Source of the DNA: Planctomycetota bacterium
Lineage (GTDB): Bacteria > Planctomycetota > UBA1135 > JADKAF01
Length of the DNA: 64,000 nt
Reading direction: 5' to 3'
NCBI GenBank assembly: GCA_016793245.1
Contig: JAEUHW010000057.1
Coordinates: forward strand, 112,709-176,708
Below are positions 15,716-23,687 of this stretch, piece by piece. The stretch's first letter is position 1; the number at the start of each line of letters is the position of its first letter. Position numbers and translations under genes: made by a program. The notes beneath the pieces were generated by a model, which had not been told where the DNA came from, did no database searches, and worked only from the letters and a program-made list of their open reading frames with translations.

Positions 15716-18091
15716 TCATTGCGCGCGCGACCGCAAGTGCTCCGCCAGCGGCGAAGGAGAGGCATCGCCGCTCGCCGCGCGCCGTTGGCTCAGGTCGTCG
15801 GCGAGCTGCAGCAGCGCCGCGCGGCGCGGGTCGGAGACGGCGGCGGCTTCGAGGCCGGCGCGCAGATTCGCGCGGAGGCGGTCGATCTCCGGACCGTAGC
15901 TCGTCGCCTGGTAGATCTCGGCGAGGCCCTGCGTTTCCTCGATCTGCGTGAGCAGCGCGCGCAGCTCGTCGGGCGATCCCACGGCGAGCGCCTGCTCCGC
16001 GCGCCGGCGCACCGCATCGAAGCGCTGCACCGCCGAGGCCATCGACTCGCCGAGCTGCTTCACCAGCGGCCCGTATTGATTGCGCACCACGACTTCCACG
16101 TTCGTGCGCGCGCGCTTGGCGTTCGCGTTCGGCACGAGCACGGCGCGATCGAGCACGCCGCGCAGCGTGGCCACGGCGGCGCCGATGCGCCCGGCGGACG
16201 CGTGGCCTTGCGCGGTGCGCTTCGCCGTCTCCACCTCGAGATCGCTCGGCGCATCGATCGGACCGAGCGTCACCGAGAGGTTCTCCTCGGCGCCGAGCTC
16301 GGCCCAGAGCGAGACCAGGACGCCGCCGCGCACGCGGCGCGTCTCGGCGCGCACGGGGCGATCGAGGCGCAAGGCGCTGCGCAGCTCGAAGCTGCCGAAA
16401 CCGAGGCCGACGACGCCGTCCAGGACTTCGTCCGAGGCCCCGACCGCGGGATAGGCGTCGCCGCTGCGACGCGCCGCGGCGTCCTCGTCCAGGATCCAGT
16501 TGGCGACGAGCTCATCGCCGCCGAAGCGCGCCGTCGCTTCGTCCTCGCTGCCCCCGAGCAAGACGCCGGGGAGCACGAACGAGACGGGCGGCAGAGGTCC
16601 GGCTCCCGCGCGGCCGAGCTTCAACACCACGACGTGGCGCGATCCGCGCGGCGCCTTGGTCCAGCTCCAGCGCAGGTCGATCGGACCGGAGCCGTCGCGC
16701 AGATAGCTGGCCGGGATGCGCCGCGTCCCGCTCGCGCCGGCGGCGAGCAGCGGCGCGAAATTGGGGTCCATCCACAGCGGGCGCGCGGACTCGAGCGGCA
16801 CGAACACGAGATCGCGCACCAAGGCCAAGCGGCGCGACTCGCCGCGGTGGGACCAGCGACCGACGAGCGCGCTGCCCAAGCCGGACCAGACGAAGTGGAA
16901 CCGGCCGTCGCCGTCGAGCTCGACGCGCTCGGGCTGGGCGATCCCCTGGGTCGGCGCGGCGCTGCCCGGGGGCGGCAGAGCGACCGTCGCCCCGTCGAAA
17001 TGCACGTTCCCGCCGCGAGCGCTCCACGCGAGCAAGCCGAGGTCGAAGTTCGCTTCCCCCGCGGCTTCGTCGAGCTGCGCCACGCGGAGTGCCAGCTTCT
17101 TCCAGCCGGGCGCCTCCTCCGCGGCCGGGGCGTCCGCGAAGAGCGCCCCGCGGGTCACCGTCGCCGGCGAGGTCGGATCGTCGTCCACTTGGTAGCGGGC
17201 GGCGAAGGCAGCCCCGGCTTCGGCGTCGGCGCGTGCGAGCACCGTGAAGTCGAGAGCTTCTCCGGCGGCCAGACTAGGAATGCGGTTCTGGGCGAGGGCG
17301 ACGCCGACCGAGGGCACGTAGCGTTCTCCCAAGGCCGACGACAGCGCGACCTTGAGACAGCGCTGTCCTTCCGCCGCTCCGCTGGTGGTGCGGGTCGCTT
17401 CGCCGGAGCTCCCCGCGATGGTCTCCCAGGAGACCGCGGGGTCGCGCTCCTCGAGCTCGAAGCCAGCGTCGCTGCCGAGCGAGATGCGCGAGGGCAGAGG
17501 CGCATCGTCGGTCTCGCCGACCAGGCGTGCCGCGGGCGACTCGCCGCGCAGCACGAAGAACCCGAGGGCGAGCACGAGAGCAGCTCCCGCTCCGCCGATG
17601 GCCAACGCCTTCAGCTCTTCCGAGCGACCGCTCGACGCGCCCTCGTCGTCCGCGGACGCTGCCCGCGTCGAGGAAGCGCGCGCGGGCCCCGGAGCGGCCG
17701 AGGGCGAGGGCGAGCTCGCGACCGCGGCGGCGCTCTCGCTGGCGCGAGCCGCCGGCTCGGGTCGAGCGATCCCGACGCCCGTCTTGCCCGCGTCCCCGGC
17801 GCGATCGAGGCGCAACCGGATCTTGCCGATCTGGAAGCTTCCGCCGATCTCGACCCGGGCGTGCTCGACTCTTTCTCCGTCGACGAAGGTGCCGTTGGTG
17901 CTGCCCAGGTCCTCCACCTCGAGCACGATCCCTTCGAGCTTCAGGAGCGCGTGCTTGCTGGAGACCGAGCCGTCCTTCAGCAAGAGGTCGCTGCCGGGAG
18001 CGCGACCGATGGTCAGCCGGTTGGAGCGCAGCGCGAAGCGCTCGCCGTCGCGCTCGCCGCCCTCGATCACGAGAACCAGGTCGGACGCCAT
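15716..18091 (-). CDS. FHA-domain membrane protein with periplasmic CBM-like jelly-roll domain (791 aa)
   Basis: Starts at internal ATG 18091 (AGGTGAG upstream) of ORF 15716..18331. FHA signature: RLTIGRAPGSDLLLKDGSVSSKHALLKLEG...VEDLGSTNGTFVDGERV. This is followed by a Ser/Ala/Pro linker, a TM helix (ALAIGGAGAALVLALGFFVL) and a large periplasmic region. First gene of the operon. Confidence 0.85.
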   Translation of the reverse strand: MASDLVLVIEGGERDGERFALRSNRLTIGRAPGSDLLLKDGSVSSKHALLKLEGIVLEVEDLGSTNGTFVDGERVEHARVEIGGSFQIGKIRLRLDRAGDAGKTGVGIARPEPAARASESAAAVASSPSPSAAPGPARASSTRAASADDEGASSGRSEELKALAIGGAGAALVLALGFFVLRGESPAARLVGETDDAPLPSRISLGSDAGFELEERDPAVSWETIAGSSGEATRTTSGAAEGQRCLKVALSSALGERYVPSVGVALAQNRIPSLAAGEALDFTVLARADAEAGAAFAARYQVDDDPTSPATVTRGALFADAPAAEEAPGWKKLALRVAQLDEAAGEANFDLGLLAWSARGGNVHFDGATVALPPPGSAAPTQGIAQPERVELDGDGRFHFVWSGLGSALVGRWSHRGESRRLALVRDLVFVPLESARPLWMDPNFAPLLAAGASGTRRIPASYLRDGSGPIDLRWSWTKAPRGSRHVVVLKLGRAGAGPLPPVSFVLPGVLLGGSEDEATARFGGDELVANWILDEDAAARRSGDAYPAVGASDEVLDGVVGLGFGSFELRSALRLDRPVRAETRRVRGGVLVSLWAELGAEENLSVTLGPIDAPSDLEVETAKRTAQGHASAGRIGAAVATLRGVLDRAVLVPNANAKRARTNVEVVVRNQYGPLVKQLGESMASAVQRFDAVRRRAEQALAVGSPDELRALLTQIEETQGLAEIYQATSYGPEIDRLRANLRAGLEAAAVSDPRRAALLQLADDLSQRRAASGDASPSPLAEHLRSRAQ

Positions 18092-18438
18092 GCTCACCTG
18101 TGCTGCTGGGAACCTTGGATCGAGGAGGAGCCCGTCGCGGCCCGCGGAGGCGGGAGGTTCGCGAGACGGTGCTGCCGGGGAGAGGAGGAAAGCGCGAGTC
18201 GAGAAAGGGAGGACACAGCAGAGATCGCCGAGGGCCGCGGAGCTCCGCGCTCGAGGCGCCGCAGCTCGAAGAGCTCGTCTCCGCGTGCCGCTATCGCTCG
18301 CCGCGCCGTCGGTAACCAGCGACTCGGCCAACGGATGCGGCGCATGCTAGCGTTGCGCGACGGCGGCCGTCAAAGGCCGCGCCGACGCGAGCCGCGAGGC
18401 TCGCGCTCACGCGTTCCCGATACGACCGCGACTCACGA

Positions 18439-19158
18439 GTGCGCATCGTTCCCCTGGATTCCTTTCCCGACCGCGGTCGCGCGGTGGTGACCGGCGAAGA
18501 CGCGCAGCATTTCCTGCGCGCGCTGCGCGTGCGCGTCGGCGAGCTCTGGATCGCACAGGATCGCGAAGGACGCCGGCGCAGCGCGCGCGTCGCGGCCACC
18601 CGCAAACACGAAGTCGAGCTCGAGCTGCTCGAGGAACTGGCGCCGTTCCCGCGGAAGGCAGCACCCCTCTGGCTCGCCACCGCCGCACCGAAGGGCAAGC
18701 TCCTCGGGCAGCTCATCCGCGGCTGCACCGAAGCGGGCTGCGATCGCTTCCTCCCCACGCGCTTCGCGCGCTCGGTGCGCGATCTCGAGGAGCGCGCCGA
18801 AGAGCGCCTCCGCCGCTGCATGCACGAGGCCGTGAAGCAATGCGGCTTGCCCGAGACCCAGTCGATCGCGCCGCCGCTCGACGCAGCGGACCTTCCGGCC
18901 GCCCCCGAGGTCGAGCGCGTGCTCTTCGTTCCGGGCGCTGCGGCGCCTCCTTGGATCGAGCTCGCCCGCGCCTTGCCTCGCACGCGACCATGGCTGCTCG
19001 TCATCGGCCCCGAAGGCGGCTTCGAAACGCAGGAGATCGAGGCCCTCGGCGCTGCGCCGTCCCATCGGGCCTCGCTCGGCCCCCAGGTCCTGCGCCTCGA
19101 GACGGCGGCGATCGTCGCGACGGCGATCGCCGGCCAAGTGCTCTGGTCTCCCGGTTGA
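18439..19158 (+). CDS. rsmE: 16S rRNA (uracil1498-N3)-methyltransferase RsmE
   Basis: Full track ORF with a GTG start. Motifs LLVIGPEGGFETQEIE and LGPQVLRLETAAI are typical of RsmE. Confidence 0.85.
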   Translation: MRIVPLDSFPDRGRAVVTGEDAQHFLRALRVRVGELWIAQDREGRRRSARVAATRKHEVELELLEELAPFPRKAAPLWLATAAPKGKLLGQLIRGCTEAGCDRFLPTRFARSVRDLEERAEERLRRCMHEAVKQCGLPETQSIAPPLDAADLPAAPEVERVLFVPGAAAPPWIELARALPRTRPWLLVIGPEGGFETQEIEALGAAPSHRASLGPQVLRLETAAIVATAIAGQVLWSPG

Positions 19159-19270
19159 GAGGCTTAGCAGATAAGACCGCTCCGATCGTTGCTGGCGCAG
19201 CGCCCGACGTCGCTGCGGTGCGTTCGTGAGCGATTCTCGCTCGCTCTCGGAGCCCCGCTCGCGAGCGCGT

Positions 19271-20035
19271 TCACAGCCAGCCGTTCTCGAGGAACGAGAC
19301 ATAGCCTTCGCGCGCAATCACCACGTGATCGACGAGCGGGATGCCGAGGAGTTCTCCGGCGCGCTGCAAGCGCCGCGTGACTTCGTGGTCCGCGGGCGAG
19401 GGCCGCGGATCTCCGGAGGGATGGTTGTGGGCGACGAGGACCGCCGCGGCGCGCCAGCGCACCGCGGGCAGGAACACCTCGCGGGCATCCACGGGCGCCG
19501 CGACCAAGGTCCCCTCGACCACCACTTCCTCGCGAAAGATCCGATGACGCGCATCGAGCAGCAAGACGAGGAAGCACTCGCGCTCGAGCGCGGCGAGGCG
19601 CGCGCGATAGATGCGGTCCACCTCGGCGCCGCTCCGCACGCAAGCCCGCGGCGGCATCGGCGCCGAGAGCGCGCGACGCGCGAGCTCGAGCGCCGCGGCG
19701 AGCCGCGCGGCGCGCGCCGGACCGACGCCGCGCACCGCGGAGAGCTCGCGCGCGGAGCGCGCGAGCAGGCGCACGACATCGCCGGCATCGCGGAGCAGAG
19801 CGCGAGCGACCTCGCGCACGGGCTGACCGGCCACCCCCGAGCCGAGGACGAGGGAGAGCAGCTCTTCCTCGCTGAGCGCGCGCTCTCCCGCGAACAGGAG
19901 CTTCTCTCGCGGACCGCTGCGCCGCACGGGACGCGCGTCTCGCGACAGCGCCGCGGGCTCCTCGACGCGGCTCGGGGGCGACGGCGGGAGTTCTTCCGGA
20001 TCGTACATGGACAGGAACGCACGAGAGCCGCGCAC
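19271..20035 (-). CDS. radC: RadC-family JAMM protein
   Basis: HhH region (LSAVRGVGPARAARL) and JAMM motif (AVLVAHNHPSGDPRPSPADHEVT). The start is either 20035 or ATG 20008 (MYDPEEL). Confidence 0.9.
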   Translation of the reverse strand: MRGSRAFLSMYDPEELPPSPPSRVEEPAALSRDARPVRRSGPREKLLFAGERALSEEELLSLVLGSGVAGQPVREVARALLRDAGDVVRLLARSARELSAVRGVGPARAARLAAALELARRALSAPMPPRACVRSGAEVDRIYRARLAALERECFLVLLLDARHRIFREEVVVEGTLVAAPVDAREVFLPAVRWRAAAVLVAHNHPSGDPRPSPADHEVTRRLQRAGELLGIPLVDHVVIAREGYVSFLENGWL

Positions 20036-20102
20036 CGAGGGCTCTCGGCGCGCACCTCCGCGGATCGCAAAGGCGCCCCTCGACGCCGCGATCCGAAGGG
20101 CG

Positions 20103-21437
20103 TCACCGCCTTTCTGCTTCGCGCCTCACCTGCGCCGAGACCTGCTGCACCCAGGGCTCGAACTCGAGGCCGAAGACCTCGGTGAAGAGCAGCTCCGGAT
20201 CGATCTCCGCCTCGCTCTCCCCTGCATCCACCGCGGCGCGCGCACGCGCGAGGCGCTCCAGATAGTCGCGCAGCGCGAGGCGCCCGAAGCGCCGCTCGAG
20301 CTCGGCGGTCAGCACGTGGCCGGCGTCGTACGCCGCGCGCACGCGCCCCACATCGCCGAGGCCGAGGAACGGCCCGCGCAGATCGGCGAGCGCGGGGAAG
20401 CCCCCCGCCGCGAGACGCGCGCGCGCCGCGGCGACATCGCGGCCCTCCAGGATCTGCGCGAGCCCTTCGTCGAACCAGGTCGGCGGCGCGCCGCGAGCGA
20501 GATCGTGAGCGAACGCGTGCGCGAGCTCGTGGCGCAGCACGGGAGCCAGCTGCTCGCGCTCGGCCTGATAGCGATCGAGCGGCACGCGGATGCGCCCGTC
20601 GAAGAGCCCGCCGACCCAACCCTCGACCCGCGTCACGCGCTGGAACTCGCCGCGCGCGTACACGAGCACGTGGATGCGTTCGCGCGGCAGATGATCGAGG
20701 AAGTAGCGCTGGCAGGCGAGGAACGCGTTCTCGAGATCGCGCCCCAGCGACGGCGCTTCGCGTGCGACCTCGCTCTGCCCGAGATGGAAGTGGTAGGCGA
20801 AGTTCTGCGTGAGCTCGGTATAGAGCTCGGCCTCGAGCGCGGCCTCCGGACCGTAGCGCTCGAGCGCGGCGAGGAGTCCCGCGTGATCCGCCGCGCGCTC
20901 GAGACCGCGCTTCCAGGTCTCGACCGCGCCGCGCACGTCGAGCAAGCGCACTTGGCAGGAGCCGCGCGCGAGATAGGCCTCGGCTTCGGCGGGATGGCGC
21001 TCGATCACCGCGGCGAGGGCCTGCTCCGCTTCCTTCCAGCGTCCGCGACGATAGGGCACGAGCGCCGCGAGCAAGGCGAACGACGAGCGCTCGGGGGCGA
21101 GCTCGGCGGCGCGCTGATAGTCCGCGCGAGCGGCATCCCACTTGCGCCCCTCGAGCGATTGGTCGCCGCGGCGGCGCAGCGCTTCGGCGTAGTTCGCGGC
21201 GATGCCTGCTTCGGCGGGCGACGCGGCGTGGGCGCGCTCGAACGCTTGGAGCGCCTCGTCCAGGCGCCCCGACTCGAGAGCCTCCACCGCGCGGTTGTTC
21301 TCCTCGATCGCGCGAGCGCGTCGCCCCGCGTCCTCCACCGAGGGCTCCTGAGCCGCGAGCGGGCCGCACGCCGCGAGCCACGCGGCGAGCACGCAGGCTT
21401 TGAATCCGAACGAGCGGAATCCGAACGAGCGCGTCAT
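20103..21437 (-). CDS. TPR lipoprotein with HExxH metallopeptidase-like domain
   Basis: Starts at internal ATG 21437 of ORF 20103..22073. Lipobox in MTRSFGFRSFGFKACVLAAWLAAC|G, TPR-like helices, and a zinc motif in LAPVLRHELAHAF...WFDEGLAQ. ATGA overlap with the upstream stop at 21434-21437. Confidence 0.75.
   Translation of the reverse strand: MTRSFGFRSFGFKACVLAAWLAACGPLAAQEPSVEDAGRRARAIEENNRAVEALESGRLDEALQAFERAHAASPAEAGIAANYAEALRRRGDQSLEGRKWDAARADYQRAAELAPERSSFALLAALVPYRRGRWKEAEQALAAVIERHPAEAEAYLARGSCQVRLLDVRGAVETWKRGLERAADHAGLLAALERYGPEAALEAELYTELTQNFAYHFHLGQSEVAREAPSLGRDLENAFLACQRYFLDHLPRERIHVLVYARGEFQRVTRVEGWVGGLFDGRIRVPLDRYQAEREQLAPVLRHELAHAFAHDLARGAPPTWFDEGLAQILEGRDVAAARARLAAGGFPALADLRGPFLGLGDVGRVRAAYDAGHVLTAELERRFGRLALRDYLERLARARAAVDAGESEAEIDPELLFTEVFGLEFEPWVQQVSAQVRREAERR
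21402..21431 (-). repeat. perfect 15-bp tandem duplication inside the lipoprotein signal peptide
   Basis: gaatccgaacgagcg occurs twice (21402-21416 and 21417-21431). It encodes RSFGF-RSFGF in the n-region of the signal peptide. Confidence 0.9.
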
Positions 21438-22285
21438 CGACCTTCCTCGCTGCGGCGCTCCGCGGCGGCGACGGAGGGCGCGAGAGAGGCAGCCTCCGGC
21501 AGCTCGTTCACGAAGCGCCCGTAGGCGTAAGGGTAGCCGCTCGCGGCGCAGAGGGCTTGGAGCGCCGCATGGAAGCGCTCGTAGAGCGGCGGCCCGTCGT
21601 AGCCGGGATCGCAGAAGTAGATGCGACAGCCGAGCGGGCGCCCTTCGCGATGCGAGCAGCGCCCGCCCTTCCAGAAGGGACACAGCTTGCGCTCGCTCGG
21701 CGCCTGCGCCGCGGCCGGCGCGAGCGCGGGCCCCTGCGCTTGCGCCACGGCGACGGCGTAGTCCGTCTCGAGTCGCGTCGCATAAAGCACGTGATCGCTC
21801 TTCTCGAAGTCGCAGCAAACGCCGCGCAGATCGCAGCGCGGGTTCTTCTCGCCGATCTCGCGCTCGACTTCGGCGTAGAGCAGGCGCAGCGCGGCGAAGG
21901 CGCGCGCGCGCACGTCTTCCGGCACGCGCGGGCGCAAGCCCGGGCAGATCGCGAGCGCGCGCTCGTAGGCGGAGCCGCCCTCCAGGATCGCCGGCCAGTA
22001 CGGGAAGCTCGCGCATTGCGCCGGCCGCGCGGCGTACACCGTGCATTCGTTGGAACCCGCGAGGAGCGTGCAACGCCCACCGGGCGTCTTCAGCGAGCGC
22101 CCGTCACCGACTTGCACGACGTGCTCGGCGCGGAAGCGCTCGAGCGGGAGCTCCAGCAACGCGGCGAGCGCTTCTTCCTCGCCGGGCAGCAGCCAGACGC
22201 GCCCTTCGCCGTGCGTGCAGCAGCGGCCCGAACGCCGGCAGGTCCATTCGAACGGAGGAGCGCCAGCACCGCTCGCTTCGCTCAC
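21434..22285 (-). CDS. YkgJ-type Cys-cluster (CxxCxxCC-like) protein with two Cys-rich modules
   Basis: GTG 22285 overlaps the kinase stop (GTGA). The two modules are CRRSGRCCTHGEG...CTLL...CTVYAARPAQCASFPYW and CDLRGVCCDF...CPFWKGGRCSHREGRPLGCRIYFCD. Confidence 0.75.
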   Translation of the reverse strand: MSEASGAGAPPFEWTCRRSGRCCTHGEGRVWLLPGEEEALAALLELPLERFRAEHVVQVGDGRSLKTPGGRCTLLAGSNECTVYAARPAQCASFPYWPAILEGGSAYERALAICPGLRPRVPEDVRARAFAALRLLYAEVEREIGEKNPRCDLRGVCCDFEKSDHVLYATRLETDYAVAVAQAQGPALAPAAAQAPSERKLCPFWKGGRCSHREGRPLGCRIYFCDPGYDGPPLYERFHAALQALCAASGYPYAYGRFVNELPEAASLAPSVAAAERRSEEGR

Positions 22286-23433
22286 TGCGGTCTCCGCGTG
22301 CGTCCCGGTCGGCGCGACATCGGACGCGCGATCGGCGGTGCCGAGGGCGCGGCTCTTTGATCGAGGTCGGGGCGCAGGTCTCCATCGCCCTCGCGCGAAT
22401 ACTCGAGCGACTTCTTGCCGCGGATCTGCGCTTCGATGTCGAGGATCAGCTCGTGCGGGTCCTGGTACCGCAGCTCGCGTTCCTTGGCCATCATCTTCTC
22501 GATGAAGTAGTGCAGGTGCGGCGAGATCTTGCGGCCCTTCAAGTCGACGGCGGAGAGCGAATCCACGACCTGCTTCCGCAGCACCTCCTCGCTGCTCGCG
22601 CCTTCGAACGGGAGCTTGCCTAGCACGAGTTGGTAGAGGGTGGCGCCCAGCGCGTAGATGTCGCTGCGGATGTCGACATCGACGTTGCCGCGCGCGAGCT
22701 CGGGAGAAAGGTAGGCCGCCGTGCCGAGCGTGGTCTCGCTGGTCTCGTCGGGAGCCGTCGGCTCGCCTTCGGCGGAGCGCGCCGCGAAGCCGAGGTCGAT
22801 CAGCTTCACGCGCTCCCCCGAGGCCACCATGATGTTCCCCGGCTTCACGTCGCGGTGGACGATGCCCTGCTGGCGGAGATACTCGAGCGCTCGCGCTACC
22901 TGCAGGACCACGTAGAGCGCGCTGTCCTCGTCTAGCTGCGTCCGCGAGTCGAGGATCTCGAGCACGGTGCAGCCCTCGACGAGCTCCATGGCGAGGAAGT
23001 ACACGTCCTCGAAGCGCGCGAGGCGCAAGCCCTTCACGATGTTCGGGTGGTCGAGCTCGATCAGCAGCTTCGATTCGCGGAGGAAGCGGCGCTTCGACTC
23101 CGGCTTCGCGACCTCGAGCATCGAGAGGATCTTCAGCGCGACGCGCTTGCCCGTGCTCTCGTCGATCGCCTCGAAGACCTCGGCCGTCCCGCCGACGCCG
23201 AGCAGCTTGCCGACCTTGTAGCCGGGGAAGATCGGCTTCGCGCCGGCCTCGGTGCGCCGGATCCAGCGCCAGAGCTTCTCGCTGCAGTGGCCGCGCTCGA
23301 CGATCGTCCGATCGACGGGCTGCCCTTCGCGGAGTGCCGCGAGCGCCTCGCGGGCCGCGTCGGCGCCGAGGAATCCGCGGTGGACGCACCGAGCCAGGAA
23401 CTGGACTTCGTCGCGCTCCGCGCCTTCGCTCAT
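22282..23433 (-). CDS. Ser/Thr protein kinase (Hanks type)
   Basis: Full track ORF. Motifs GVGGTAEV, VALKIL, HRDVKPGNIM, IDLGFA and GTAAYLSPE. About 75 extra residues lie N-terminal to the kinase domain. Confidence 0.9.
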   Translation of the reverse strand: MSEGAERDEVQFLARCVHRGFLGADAAREALAALREGQPVDRTIVERGHCSEKLWRWIRRTEAGAKPIFPGYKVGKLLGVGGTAEVFEAIDESTGKRVALKILSMLEVAKPESKRRFLRESKLLIELDHPNIVKGLRLARFEDVYFLAMELVEGCTVLEILDSRTQLDEDSALYVVLQVARALEYLRQQGIVHRDVKPGNIMVASGERVKLIDLGFAARSAEGEPTAPDETSETTLGTAAYLSPELARGNVDVDIRSDIYALGATLYQLVLGKLPFEGASSEEVLRKQVVDSLSAVDLKGRKISPHLHYFIEKMMAKERELRYQDPHELILDIEAQIRGKKSLEYSREGDGDLRPDLDQRAAPSAPPIARPMSRRPGRTRRPQ

Positions 23434-23687
23434 GACCTCGCCGCCTCGATCGGGACCGAACCGCGCCTCCGTGCTCGGGAGGCCTCGCCGCAGTGTAGCG
23501 ACGATCGAGGCGCGCGACGAGTTCGCGGCGGCGACCTCCTCGGGGGCACGCGCGTTTTTCCTCGCGTCACGCTCGCTCGGCGCCCCGGTCGAAGTACCCC
23601 GCGTTGCCCCCTTCCCCCCACCCTTCGCCCGGCCCGCGCCTCCCTCTGGCGCGAGCGCCGGACCAGGGCCTTCGACGGAGACGACTC

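Noticed and set aside
19271-20035. radC as a marker of a mobile element or prophage
   Set aside because: There is no integrase, transposase, tRNA target, direct repeat or compositional break around it. The neighbours are housekeeping or envelope genes.
19318-21381. 687-aa Arg-rich minus-strand ORF
   Set aside because: It lies out of frame across radC and the TPR/HExxH lipoprotein gene, both of which have clear motifs. Its composition (runs of R, A, G, P, S) is non-protein-like.
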